Shown here piece after piece: positions 1 through 18,863 of a stretch of 64,000 nt of DNA (within the stretch, counting starts at the first letter, position 1; every line of letters starts with the position of its first letter). Source of the DNA: the human T2T-CHM13v2.0 reference genome, Homo sapiens; NCBI RefSeq assembly GCF_009914755.1, contig NC_060941.1. One strand, given 5' to 3'. A program made the position numbers and the translations under genes. The notes below the pieces were generated by a model. It searched no databases, had not been told where the DNA came from, and was given only the letters and a program-made list of their open reading frames with translations.

Positions 1-178
1 AAAGCTAGAGAAAAATGTTTAAGACTGTAACCTAGTTTCAGTGGAGAAAACATATCTGACTGGTAACATGAAACCTAGAAGACAAAACTGACTTTTAACA
101 ATATCCATCAAAGCAGCTCACATCTAACTTTAATAGTCTTTTAACTTTCACAATATTTTTTCTATTACGGTAAAACTA

Positions 179-322
179 GGCCAGGTGCAGGGGCTCACAC
201 TTGTAATCCCAGCACTTTGGGAGGTTAAGATGGAAGGATCACTAGAGTTCAGGAGTTCAAGACCAGCCTGGTCAACACAGCAAGACCCCATCTCTACTTA
301 AAAAGAAAAAAAGAAAAAAAAA
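179..322 (+). mobile_element. FLAM / Alu left monomer
   Basis: Single Alu arm followed by an A tail. Confidence 0.85.
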
Positions 323-460
323 ATTAAACATTATGTATCTCTTAAAATTATCTTTGATTCTACAAAGTGTATTTCATGGAATCTTAAAAAAAGATCTGTT
401 TAGTCTGTTTAGATGCTCTGCCAACTTTATTAAGAAGACCAAAGCCCCTAAGTCACCATT

Positions 461-534
461 ATAGTTTTATCAATAATTATGTTTTATCAACAAATATATT
501 TTATCAATAGTTTATAGTTTTTCAACAATGTTAT
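461..534. repeat. Degenerate AT-rich minisatellite (about 4 copies of a TTTTATCAA-core unit)
   Basis: Read directly. Confidence 0.5.
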
Positions 535-1518
535 ACAGTCTCCAAACATTCTAGTAAGGTGATTTTTATGACCACTTAACGATTAAAATAACTCAAATAC
601 TATATCCAAAACAATGAAAGAAAAAGGAGGCTGGCGGACTTAGCTTTTGGCATAATTAGAAAGTATTGTCTCGCTAAAACTACCATATATACATACATCA
701 TGTATATGTACATATATGTATATACATATACACATCACTTTACACATTTAGAACTACATTAAATACACACAACTAAGGACTGGACTCTGCAGCAGGCATC
801 TTATTAGAAAAACTACAAAAGCTGGAAAGCTTTCTTGAAGAATTGCAGTCACTCTCAAAAATAACAATTAACACTGGAGAGTATGTTCATTAGAATGTGA
901 AAAGCAATTATCAAAACATACAAATGTAACACGTACATTCCTACATAAATGTTGGTCTTACTAAGTACCAGTTCAAGATACAGACACCTAGAATACATTC
1001 TATCCAAAAATAAAATAGATCCTATAGGTCAGAGATACAATAACAAAAACTTCAGAGTACTCAATTTCAAATAAGAACTTAAAAAAAATTATCTAGAAAT
1101 CCTAAGTTTATCTGTCAAAAATCATTATCAAACTATCTTACTGAAGTCTTTGGAACCTTATAGCATACAACCAATCATTTATATTCCTATTATCTAAGAT
1201 TCAGTTAATACTGACTTTCACAATTTAAAGCTTCAGTAATTATATGAAAAGCTATAGTTTCTCTTTCTAAAGTAGCATTTGGTCCTAAAAGTCAAGAAAA
1301 TAAGGAAGTAATCACATTGATTTGCTCACAATAAAATTGTTTGTGTAACCTTTTAGATTATGATCCCATGTCCCATAAAAGCTAAACAAGTTGGCACTTT
1401 TCTATTATGTTTGACAGAACAGTATATGAGTCACTTTCCAAAAATAACTAAATTAACATATGCCTTCATAAGTTAATCAAATAGCACAAATGACAATAAC
1501 AAAATACATGCCTTAAAA

Positions 1519-1532
1519 CACACACACACACA

Positions 1533-1563
<31 letters not shown>

Positions 1564-1564
1564 C
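1519..1564. repeat. (CA)n microsatellite with one interruption
   Basis: Read directly. Confidence 0.95.
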
Positions 1565-1857
1565 GGATAGTTACATTTCCAGTACTTTTAGAATCATCTG
1601 CCTATTCAATGCAAAAGACTCAACTTCAGCAGTGGCTGAAGTGACTCAAAAGTTACATCTGGCTTCTAAACTATTACACGACTTTGTTAGGAACTCTGTT
1701 TCCTGATTCCATTTTTTTAGATTAATGTAACATGCCTTCTTCGGGCCCTAACTACCTGTGAGAAATTAAGAAGAGAGGTGGTGGAAGGAGAAAGTCATTC
1801 ACGCCTTAAAAACCCAGCTATAACAACATGGATAATTTAAGTAAAATAAAATAATCA

Positions 1858-2262
<405 letters not shown>

Positions 2263-3884
2263 TTATTACTGCATATTCACTCAAAGTCAAAAGTACTCAA
2301 TATGATGTCTCTTATTTCATTAAGACATTACAATTTTTCAATGTATGCTTGAGATATTGACTGCAAATTAGAACAAAAAAAGACTTTATAATTCAACAAC
2401 CAAGAATTTTAGGGAGAAGAATACAGTTAAAAATTACCACCACCATGTCACTGAATAGCAAGCAAATATGTACTCCAAGTAGAAACAGAAGAAACTGAAT
2501 GATGTTAAATATAGACACACACTTCAATATGCAAACAGAGTACATTTTTCTCTGTCCTAACTGGTCACATTTGTTCACTGGTGTCAAACTTTTAACTGAA
2601 AATCAATTATTAAAGACCCTATCATGGGTTTTTATTCCACATTTACAGAAGTAACGTCTCTAATGAAAAGACATCTGAACAAGTTCTGAAAAAATCTATG
2701 TTAATTCTTCACACACACCCCTGTCGGAAAAGTCAAATAGCTACTCACAAAGAACTGTCAGATTTGTGCTAGTCTATCTTCAAAGAACTGATCCTAAAAG
2801 TACCAAAAATAGACTGAGTTGGATAAGATAGAAATATAAAACCTGGTGTATGTCTTATTACATGTGAAGAGATGCTGATTAATGGACATTGAAAAGAAAA
2901 ACATACTGTAGACGAGGATAGAGTATTAAAGATCTCAATTTAGCATGGGCGTTAAGAAATTCGACAAGAGGAATTCAGTAATTTAATCTAACTTAAAGGA
3001 GCAAAGCATAAGGTGCCAAAAATGAAACTGCTGATACATGACTGGCAGTTTACACTTGCCAACTAGTTGTGCTCCTCCCACTTAACTCACTTACCTATCA
3101 TATACTCTTAATATTTCTCATAGCACAAAGGAGAAAATGAAAAAGTAAAGTCACCCAAACTTAAAGTCATTGATGAAGCTCAGCTACTGTCCCATACAGG
3201 ACAAGTTATTTGCAACAGTTGGTACTTCTGAAAGCCTTAACTGTTGGATGTTACCAGACCTGGGCTAACCTACACAATGATCATCCCTACATCCCGCTTC
3301 TCTCGACTTTCCATTTCAATCAAACAAGGGAGCAGCCTGCTCAAAACATTCTGAAAAAGCAACCAAAACACAATAAATATAGAAACAGTGCAAAACCACA
3401 GCACCTCGTCCACTAGCCCCCTTCACTCTCACAAAAACATCATGTTCTAATAAAAGCAAGATGGCTAGAAATTGTCAAAAATGGCAAACTGTTTTCAAAG
3501 TTTAAAAAGAAAACATATGAAATGGCACCTACTGGCTTTTACAGAGAGATCTTAAGTCACCCAAGAAAGAAACTAACCTGGCGTTAGTTTGACTCATACA
3601 AAAAAAATGTAAAACCAAGACAGGTTTCTAGGGCTTAAGTTCTGGGGTCCTGTTTACATGGGGAAACCAAATTAAAAGGGTAAGACATAAAGGCGGTGGG
3701 GAGCAGGGGCAATAATGTAAAGTGTGAAGCAGGGATACAGGGCCAATAAGGAGAAAAGCAACAGTTAAGCAAGACAAGAGGGAAAGGTTACTGTCCTGCC
3801 AGATAAGGAGCTCAAGTTGAGGACGAGACTACGGTGAGAAGGAGAGTCCGAAACAAGACGAGAAAAAATGCCAACACTCCCCTA

Positions 3885-4183
<299 letters not shown>

Positions 4184-4311
4184 CCGCCATTACCGCCGCC
4201 TCCGACCAGAGAGAGAAACACAGACACCGGGGAGGGCCGGGGGGGGGGTAGTGGTTGGGGGGGCGGTGGAAGAGGAGGCCGCCGGGCCGCCCGCCCTCCC
4301 CACCCACCCCC

Positions 4312-4312
4312 C

Positions 4313-4338
<26 letters not shown>
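4312..4338. repeat. (CCG)9 trinucleotide repeat in promoter
   Basis: Read directly. Confidence 0.9.
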
Positions 4339-4343
<5 letters not shown>

Positions 4344-4915
4344 AGCCCCCGCCGCCCGGCCGGCACCCAGCCGCCCGGGGCCGAGGGCCGGAGGCGGGAG
4401 GGCCGCGCCGCGCTCGCCTGGCGGGCCGGACTGCGGATCCCGCAGACGCTCGTCCCTCTCTGGGGGACGGAGGGGATGTGTGCCCCTACCACAAGAAAAA
4501 TAATAAATTACACAATAAATAATCAAAATCAAGTCCGAGACGGCAGAGCCCAAGCCCAGGACGGTTCTCCCGGGCGGAGAGGCGCCCGCACAGGAGCGGG
4601 AAGGGCGAGAACCGGGAGAGAAGCCCAGGCCCCCGGCGCGGCAGCGGCGATGTCCTTAAGCCCAGAGTCTCCTCAGCGGCGGAGGTGGTGGCGGCGTCTG
4701 CGGGCTCAGACCATTCTCTGGCTCTGTCTTCGTGTCGTTCCTGGGCCAAGCCGGCCTAAAGTTTGCCCTCCTGTGGCCTCACCGGCTGGACGCCGTAGTC
4801 TCCCCCATTTTGTGGGCCCAGCGGGCGGTGTTTTTCCCCCTTTAATCCGAATTCACGGGTTTTCCCTTCGCTTTAATGGCGGCCACAGGGACCAGCTCGC
4901 CCTCTCTGCTCACCC

Positions 4916-4938
4916 ATTGGCCGCCTTGAGGTCACGTG
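4916..4938. promoter_or_regulatory. CCAAT box (minus strand) plus GTCACGTG E-box (NF-Y / USF-type pair)
   Basis: ATTGG at 4916-4920 and GTCACGTG at 4931-4938, in the CpG island. Confidence 0.55.
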
Positions 4939-5050
4939 GGCCCGGGCTCGGTTGGGAGGGGGAGAGAGAAGTGAGCGAGGGAGGGCCGGGAAGCTTTCGG
5001 CGGAGGCGGTGAGCTCGGGGGACGGGGCAGCCAGCTGGTGGCCACTAACA

Positions 5051-5069
5051 TAGCGCCATCTGCTGGGTG
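5051..5069 (-). promoter_or_regulatory. CTCF motif
   Basis: Minus strand reads CACCCAGCAGATGGCGCTA, a near-consensus CCASYAGRKGGCRS, at the island edge. Confidence 0.7.
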
Positions 5070-5354
5070 CCCCGGCCAGTATAAAACGACCCGGGGCCCT
5101 GGCCCTCTCTTTGCGGGGAAATTTACAGTCCAGGAAGGTTCATTTCACAAATCAGTGAGAATTACGTGGAAATCAGTTTGAGTTCTTTGGAAGAGAAAGT
5201 ATTGGCAAAAATTCCAAGACATTCTCATTTATTTCGCGAGGCCGCTGGGGTGCAGGTGCAAACCTCTGGATTTGGGAGTCAGATGATCTGGATGGGGATA
5301 AGACTCCTCAACCTAAAAGTTGTGATATGAAGATATAAATTTAAGAAACAAAAT

Positions 5355-5570
5355 ATTGCCCTGTAGTTAATAGACTGGGAATTAGAGCCACACTGCCTGG
5401 GTTCCAAGCTTGAGCAAATCACTTCCTGCTCTGTGTCTTTACTCATCTGTAAAATGGGGAAAACATATCCCTTACCCCACAAGCTTATTGTAATGAGTTA
5501 ATACAAATTAAGCAGGTAGCCCAGTGCCCCGCACAGATAAGCACTGTTAAGAGTTAACTATTATTGTTGT
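5355..5570 (+). mobile_element. MIR
   Basis: Core resembling MIR (CTGGGTTC...CTCATCTGTAAAATGGG...TTATTATT). Confidence 0.65.
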
Positions 5571-6059
5571 CATCATTACCTCATATAGTTATTGTGACGA
5601 GCAGGAGAACTAGTGTATGTAAAGGTCTCACTATTTTTTTGTTGTTTACTTCTGTCTCTCTAGTGCCTAAAAAAAGGTTCCTAGCACACAGTAGGTGCTT
5701 GATATTTGTATAGTTACAAATGAATGGGTGGTAAGAAGTAAGAACCAAACAAAAGGTTTATTCTCTTTCCCATAAAACACCCAGTGCTTGGATGGGTTAC
5801 ACTTCAATATGAGTTCAAAACAGTTTCTCTGACGGTTTTAGGATTGCAAGAAAGAAAGAAGAAGAAAAAGATGATTCAGAAGTTAGAAACATCAGTGAGT
5901 TAGGACTTACTGTAATTTTATGTATTACAGATACATAATTATGTATTATGTATTACAGATACATAATTGTATCTGTAAAATGAATGGTAGACTCTTCCAT
6001 GTCACTTCTTCAGCCACGGAATGAAAAGAAGTCCTCATTTATCCACTTGTTCATCTGTG

Positions 6060-6290
6060 GTGGTGAAGAGCCCAGATCTGAAGCCCAAAGCCTGGAGAAA
6101 AAGTTCTGCCCCTCACTAGTTAGTCTTAGATCATATTTGACCTTAGATCAAATTAATTTTGCTTTCTCTCGGTTATTGTAAAATGGGGGTAATAAAAGTA
6201 CTTTTCTTCTAAAATGACTGGTGAATGAAACAATGTAGATACAGTGCTTGCCACAGTGCTTACTTAATGTTAATTATTAATGTAATTTTA
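6060..6290 (+). mobile_element. MIR
   Basis: TGTAAAATGGGGGTAATAA core. Confidence 0.55.
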
Positions 6291-7293
6291 AAAATCATTG
6301 AGAACCTGCTGGCTCAATTGAGTGTGTTCCTGCTCTGTGCTAGGCCTAGGATACAAATAGGAATAAGATACCTGCCTGTCCCTCAAGATTCCTGAAGAGA
6401 GGCACTAAAGGAAACATTTCCTACAGAATAAGGTAAAATACAATGGGGGTAATTGCTTGAATAAAGTATGTACCTACTATGGCATAGTAAGTGCACTAGA
6501 AGAAGAGCATCAAACTTAGAGAAGTTGTCATAAAGTAGGTAGCATTTGAAATCAGATTTGAAGGATAAAATGAATTCTTATAAAGCCCTTTGAAGCAGTT
6601 AAATCTTATTAAACCTAATTCGAACCCAAAGTCCACATATCAAAGTCAATTATGCAACCAGGACTAATTCAATCCAGGAGCTCAAATCAACTAAGGTTGG
6701 CATCCTTTATAACCGAGTGCCAGCACCAGGAGACAGCAATCCCCAGATCCAATGAGGTAAGCGCTCCTCTGCCCATTTCCCGTTCCCTGAAAAACTCCTC
6801 AGATCTTTGTTCCGCTGCTTTCCTCAGGCTGAAATGCCCTCCTCACATCTAAAGGGGTCTCCATTCTCCTTAGAAGTCTTGCCCTCCCATTGCCCCCACC
6901 CCCTGACTTGAGCACCATCCTCAGGATTCCAATGGCAGGTAGAATATACCTGAAACCTACCAGTAGGAGGTAACATTTGATTGACCTTTCTGTTTGAATG
7001 TCAATCTTTTCAAAAAGAAGAGGGAGACAAGGAGACAGAAGCGAAGAAGGGAGGAAGACCCAGAAGAAAAAGTCTGATGGAGGATCGCAGAAGGGAGCAG
7101 GAGAGAGAGAGAAAGACAGGACTGAGAGAATGGAGAAGCAGATTAGAATGGGGGGGATCCCAGTTGTGAGGGGAATGGAATCATTGGGAGAAGGGAAAGA
7201 GAAGAAATAAATATTTTCAGCCCACAAAGAACGTATCAGTAACCACTTACATTCGGTAAAAATGACATTTTGTGTGATTTAAAGAGTAATGGA

Positions 7294-7680
<387 letters not shown>

Positions 7681-7706
7681 AGTAATGGAAATAACTAAAA
7701 ACATTA

Positions 7707-8088
<382 letters not shown>

Positions 8089-8345
8089 TTACCCAAAAAA
8101 GTCCGTATCATTACCATTCATAATTAATCACTTTTTAACATTTTGATGTATTGACTTTTCCCTATGTATCTTTTTCCTACATGGTTGAGATCATACTATA
8201 TGACCACTTAACTACCCACATGTATTAACCATCTAGTATGTGTCAGGTCATGTATTGACAAAATACAGCATATACAAGCAGCTCATAATCTTGCTTATAA
8301 TGGCACTTGAACAGTTAGACCAACTGGGGTCAAAACTCCATACTT

Positions 8346-8632
8346 GGCCCAGCACGGTGGCTCATGCCTGTAATCCCAGCACTTTGGGAGGCTGAGGTGG
8401 GCAGATTGCTTGAACCCAGGAGTTTGAGACCAACCTGGGCAGCATGACGAAACCCCCCGCTGCAAAAAAAATAAAAAAATTAGCCGGGCGTGGTGACACG
8501 TGCCTGTAGTCCTAGCTACTTGGGAGGTAGAGGTGGGGAGGTTGATTAAGCCTGGGAAGTTAAGATTGCACCACTGCACTCCAGCCTGGGTGACAGAGTG
8601 AGACCCTGTCTCAAAAAGCAAGCAAACAAGCA
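8346..8632 (+). mobile_element. AluJ
   Basis: Full Alu with TSD AACTCCAT(A/G)CTT. Confidence 0.9.
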
Positions 8633-9076
8633 GAACTCCATGCTTGCTAGCTCCCTAACTTCAATTTACCCCTTTGTAGAATGTGTATGTAATAATAGCA
8701 CCTAAATGTCAGAGTTGTTGCAATGATTAAAAGAGATAATCCAAGTAAAATAGGAGCCAATCAGGAATTTTAAGGTTAATTTTAGAGGTTACTTTGGGTC
8801 AATAATCTGGGTCAATAATCACCGACTGTCTTCTGTTCTTTGAAATATGGATTCACTCAATGATCTGCATTTAAAACTGTTTTGTAACCCCTTCTGTCTT
8901 GTAGGGTCTCCATTCTGAATGAGATGGTAGAGGCACTGGCTTACAAACTACCACTTAGCCTCCAGGAAGGTGACAGAGTTACATCACCTGAGACAGACAA
9001 GTCCAGGAAAGGGCCCCTGATGCTCCATATTGTGATTCAGAATCAGATGATTCTGAAAAATCTGCAAGGTCTAGAG

Positions 9077-9741
<665 letters not shown>

Positions 9742-10636
9742 GTCTAGAGTCAAACGCTGAAAGCTAAGGACCAATTAAGCTGTGGAGTGAGTGGTCTTGA
9801 GCCTGGGGACAATATTGATTTTCTTAAGGTCATTTTAATGGTTTAATGTTGTACTTAATTCAATAGAAAAAAAGGTTAAGAAGTTACAAACCATTTTATT
9901 TCTTGAATGCACAGACACCACTTCATTGAATATAGAAATAAACAGACCTAAAACAAATCAGCAGGTTGAGACACTTAAAAAAACATTTTAATTCAAAGCA
10001 TCGAATATCCTGAGTTGTCTCAAAAGTTGCTGACTTGCCATTTTTCTCAGTAGTGTAGCATCCACCCTCAACCTCAAGTTTTATTTCATTTTAATTGTTT
10101 CATTTTAATATTAAAGTCTACTTCCCCTAATTTTCTTACTTTGAAATTACGTTTGTAAACCATATGCAAATCAGAAATTCCCCTCCCCTATCTTTCTCCT
10201 ACTTGAGCCAGTCATTTGACCTCTCTGGATCTATTTTCTCAAACATGAGGAAGAGATTGGCTTAAGTAATTGCTGTGATTTAACACCTAATATGTGACAA
10301 TATATATCAGACACGGTGTCAAGTATCTTTGCCACAGTTTCTGATGTAAGTACCATATTATCCCAATTTTCTAGCTTGAGATACTGAGGTTTAGATAGCA
10401 CCCTGCCTCTTTGGCCTCAGGCCGAAGAGGTCTGTAAAGTATGCTAAGGAAGCCTCATCTACCAAGAGAAGCTCTAAAGAAACTTCTTAGGGAAAACAGT
10501 TGAAACCAAGTCTTGAAGGATGAGTTGGGTTGAGCAAGGAAAAGATTGAAAGGGAGAAGAAGGACAGGCACAGAAGGAAGATGGGGAGGCCTGAACAGCT
10601 TGGTGTTGGTAGGAAATGATTTGGCTGGTGAAGTAA

Positions 10637-11225
<589 letters not shown>

Positions 11226-11755
11226 AGTCTCGGTATATTGCCTAGGTTGGAAACCATTGAAAGACTTTAAACATGAGAGTGATGAGCTAAGATTTGTTTT
11301 TAGAAACAAGATACCAGGAAACTTGTTGAGGACATTTTGGTAATCTAGGCAGGAAGTGAAGAGACCTGAGCTAATTAAGAAGAGCTGGTCTAAAAACATC
11401 CTTTCTGTTTTGCATCTATTCCCTCAGTCAAGGCATCGACAAGGAAGATATGGAAGTAGAAGAAATCACTTTTGCAAAGGCTGAGTATGCTTTTCTTACT
11501 GAGCAGATGATTTTTCTAAGAGTGACCAAAGCTGAAAGAGGAGACAAGTGTAGTTCTTTGAACGTGCTCCTCCTGCTAAAAAGTTCCAGGCAGAACTTTG
11601 GTCTCACAGGATAATTATTCCTGCCCAGATACAAACTGATTTGTAATTTTACTGTTCTCTCCCCCCAAGAAAAGGTTCAAAGGAGTTCAAAAGATGTGAC
11701 CAGCCAATAAAATAGAAAGATTATTCTAGAATCTCTTGACTCAACCAAGAGTTTA

Positions 11756-11914
<159 letters not shown>

Positions 11915-11917
11915 TTA

Positions 11918-12568
11918 CCGTCCGGGAGGGAGGTGGGGGCCAGCCCCCGCCCGGCCGCCGCCCCGTCCGGGAGGTGGGGGGCGCCTCTGCCCGGCCGCCC
12001 CGTCTGGGAAGTAAGGAGCCCCTCTGCCCGGCAGCCACCCCGTCTGGGAGGTGTACCCAACAGCTCATTGAGAACGGGCCATGATGATGATGGCGGTTTT
12101 GTCAAATAGAAAAGGGGGAAATGTGGGGAAAAGATAGAGAAATCAGATTGTTGCTGTGTCTGTGTAGAGGGAAGTAGACGTAGGAGACTCCATTTTGTTC
12201 TGTACTAAGAAAAATTCTTCTGCCTTGGGATGCTGTTAATCTATAACCTTACCCCCAACCCCGTGCTCTCTGAAACATGTGCTGTGTCCACTCAGGGTTA
12301 AACGGATTAAGGGCGGTGCAAGATGTGCTTTGTTAAACAGATGCTTGAAGGCAGCATGCTCGTTAAGAGTCATCACCACTCCCTAATCTCAAGTACCCAG
12401 GGACACAAACACTGCGGAAGGCCGCAGGGTCCTCTGCCTAGGAAAACCAGAGACCCTTGTTCACTTGTTTATCTGCTGACCTTCCCTCCACTATTGTCCT
12501 ATGACCCTGCCAAATCCCCCTCTCCGAGAAACACCCAAGAATGATAAATAAATACTAAAAAAAAAAAA
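11918..12568 (+). mobile_element. 5'-truncated SVA (end of VNTR, SINE-R, poly(A)); probably an older subfamily
   Basis: GC-rich VNTR units (CCGTCCGGGAGGGAGGTGGGGG), HERV-K-derived SINE-R, AATAAA at 12547-12552 and A tail at 12557-12568. Confidence 0.95.
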
Positions 12569-13025
<457 letters not shown>

Positions 13026-13431
13026 CTAGAGTTATATAACATTTCTACCACTGGTTTTGACATTACTTCATTCATTCATTTAATAATATTTATGTTTACT
13101 ATGTGCAAGGTTCTATGCTAGGTACTGTGATGATTGAGCAATATGAAACAATGCATCAGAAATAGAGCTGACTCTCAAGAAGATTTTTAATTCTCAGATG
13201 ATAAGATATGAAATAAATAACTACAATTTTTATTTGAAAATGCGAAAAATTGATATAGATCAAATGTTGTGGAATTGAAAGAAGAGGGGGCTACCCCAAG
13301 TCACAAGGAAGAAAAGGTTAGTGGAGAAAAACTTTGCATTTTAAATAGATACGAATTAATGAATAAGATTTGAACTTGCAGAGATGTGGAAAAGAGCAAT
13401 TTAGGCTAGTGTTTCCCAAACTGGAGTTTGA

Positions 13432-14141
<710 letters not shown>

Positions 14142-14652
14142 TGAGGAAGCTAGGATTTTCCCTCTCCCTGTGCCTCAGTATTGGCTGTATCTTTATGGCG
14201 CGAACTGCAAATGAACAGTTCTTCTCTCCACAGTCCCAACTCTGTTGGGCAGTCCTGGCTCCTGGGGTATAGTATGTTTGTTATCTATTGCCATATAATA
14301 CATTATCTCTGAACATCACAGCTTAAAACAACAAGCATTTTATCTCACACAGTTCCTGAGATTTAGTAACCTGTCAGTGACTCAGCTGGTGGTTCTGGCT
14401 CAGGGTTTCTCATGAGGTTTCAGTCAAGATGTGGGCTGGGGCTGCAGGCCTCTCAAGGCTAACGTAGGACTGAGGCACTCACTTCCAAGCTCACTCACAC
14501 GGTTGTGGCCAGGACACAGTTTCCTTCTGCCAGGTGGGCTTCTCCTCAGAGCTGCACACAACAACGCAGCTTGCTTCTCCACTAGGAAGAAGAAGGGGGA
14601 GACAGAGAGAGTCCAAGACCAAGATGGAAGCTGCAGTCTTTTTGTAACCTAA

Positions 14653-15122
<470 letters not shown>

Positions 15123-15731
15123 GGGAGCTATTTTGGAGGGTAGCTACCACAGTCCACCATCTGTCCCCAATGATTTGTTGCTCCCACATGCAAGTTACAC
15201 TCACTTCTTCCCAAAGTCACCAAAAGTCTCCCCTCTTTACAGCATCAGCTTGAAGTCCAGGTGCAGATGAGGCTCCTCGGGTAAAACTCCTTAAGCAGAG
15301 CTCCTTGAGTACAGTTCCTCTCCACCTGTGACACCGAAGAGACAATTTATCTTCCCCTCTATATACCCAACATACAACGATGAGACAGGTGTAGCAGGAT
15401 AGAGGCTTAGTTATTCCTTTTCAAAAAGGGGGGGAAATGGCAGGTGCCAAGGAGTAACTGGCCCATTTTAATTCTGAAATACCACCCCACCACCCATGTA
15501 GGTCTGTGAATCTTACTGGGGTTCACTTCATTAGACAAAAGTTATACCCACAAATCTCTTTCAGGTAAGCTCTACTCCACACCTTGAGCTTCTGATAAGA
15601 TGCCCTTAAGCTTTCTAGCAGTTTTGTCATTTTACTAAGAGAATACTGTATGGGAGGCACACATTTCTTCTCTTTCAGAGCTTTTTGTCTCACTGAATAA
15701 TACTCTGAGGCACAACCTTAAATCATCCTGA

Positions 15732-16170
<439 letters not shown>

Positions 16171-16493
16171 GCAATGTTACCGCGTTTTCTTGCAAGCCTT
16201 CACCTGCAGCCATTTCAAAGATCATGATGTTTCTATTAATAGCTTCTGTGAGGTACTTTAGACTTTGACTAATATTCTGCTCAAAGCCCACTGCCTAGTT
16301 CCAAAGTCACTTTCACATTTTAGAATTTTGTTCCAGCAAAACCCTACTTCCGGGTACCAAAATCTGTATTAGTTATCTATATTTCTGTGTAACAGGTTAC
16401 TCTGAGATTCAGCAGTTTAAAACAACAAATACTTATTATCTCACACAATTTCTGAGAACTGGGAATCTGGGACTTGGATTAGCTCAGTGGTTC

Positions 16494-17282
<789 letters not shown>

Positions 17283-17859
17283 GTTCTGGCTCAAAGTTTC
17301 TCATAAGGTTGCAGTCAAATTGTCACCTAGGGCTACAGTTATCTCAAGGCTTTCCTGGGACTGGAGAATCTGTGAGAAAAATCTGTAGCACATCTAAGTA
17401 ACAATTCCTCTTCCCTTATCCTTGCGGCATCTCCCTCATGTTGTTCATCTCTGGGTTGTCCCACCATCCCTCTGTTTGCCCTTTGAATTCCTCCCCTACA
17501 TTTTAAACTAGTTTCTCTCATTATTTTATTCCTTGTATTAAACTCTTTGGCATAGGTACTGTTTTCTGGATCCTGAATTATATAATAGTTAACTAAGTAT
17601 TATTGAGCTGAACAAAGTTAAACAGATTTCTTACAAAAGAACTTCTCAGGGCTTTTAATGCGCATTGTAAATCTCCCAGAGGAATCTATAACATGCAGCA
17701 TTTCCCATACTGTTTTGGTCACAGTCCTCTTTTGTTTTTTTTCATGCAACTAATAGCTAGCATGCAAAAGGCATAAATTAGAAACATCGCAGTTCAGTTT
17801 GACTGAAACAATAAGTATATGAAGGAAAAGAGTACAAAATATGATGAAAAGAGGGTAGA

Positions 17860-18246
<387 letters not shown>

Positions 18247-18351
18247 CTAAGTTAAAAGATAGAATTGTTGAGCTAAATCATTTAACCACAGTAATATACA
18301 CTTTATTTTTCTTTTATACTCTGAACTACTTAATACAAAAGGAAAATTGCT

Positions 18352-18518
18352 TTTCTTTTTGAGTCAGAGTCTCATGGTATTGCCTGGTCTAGAGTGGAAT
18401 GGCTATTCCCAGGGGTTATCATTGTGCACTACAGCCTCAAACTTCTAGGCTCAAATGATCCTCCTGTGTCAACCTCCCAAGTAGCTGGGACTACAGGCAC
18501 ACGCCACCATGTCCAGCT
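18352..18518 (-). mobile_element. FAM (fossil Alu monomer)
   Basis: Monomer retaining the 7SL-like GGCTATTC(A/C)CAGG segment. Confidence 0.7.
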
Positions 18519-18863
18519 GAGAATTACATTTTAAACCTCTCTCTTTCTTTTGCCTTTACCTTTGGTTCAATAGGGTTGAAGACCCTTGGTCCAAACTTTA
18601 GAAGCCTCATATTGTCTGCCTTATGTTTTCAATATGGTAGAAGAAACAGAAAAAAAAAAATGGGGAGACCCTTGGGAGAGAAAATATTTCAACATACCCC
18701 CTAAAACACAGCATTGTCTGTGGAATTAAAAGATGAAGGAATTCTTTTCAAAATAATTGGTGATAAGAAAGGAAGATGGAAGTATATCTCAGGGGAAGAA
18801 TTAGCTAGTGATTAGGAAAAGAACAAACATCCTTTCTGAAAACTAACATTTACATGGCAGCAC

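Noticed and set aside
18352-18518. 7SL RNA gene
   Set aside because: Only a diverged monomer without the S domain; it fits FAM.
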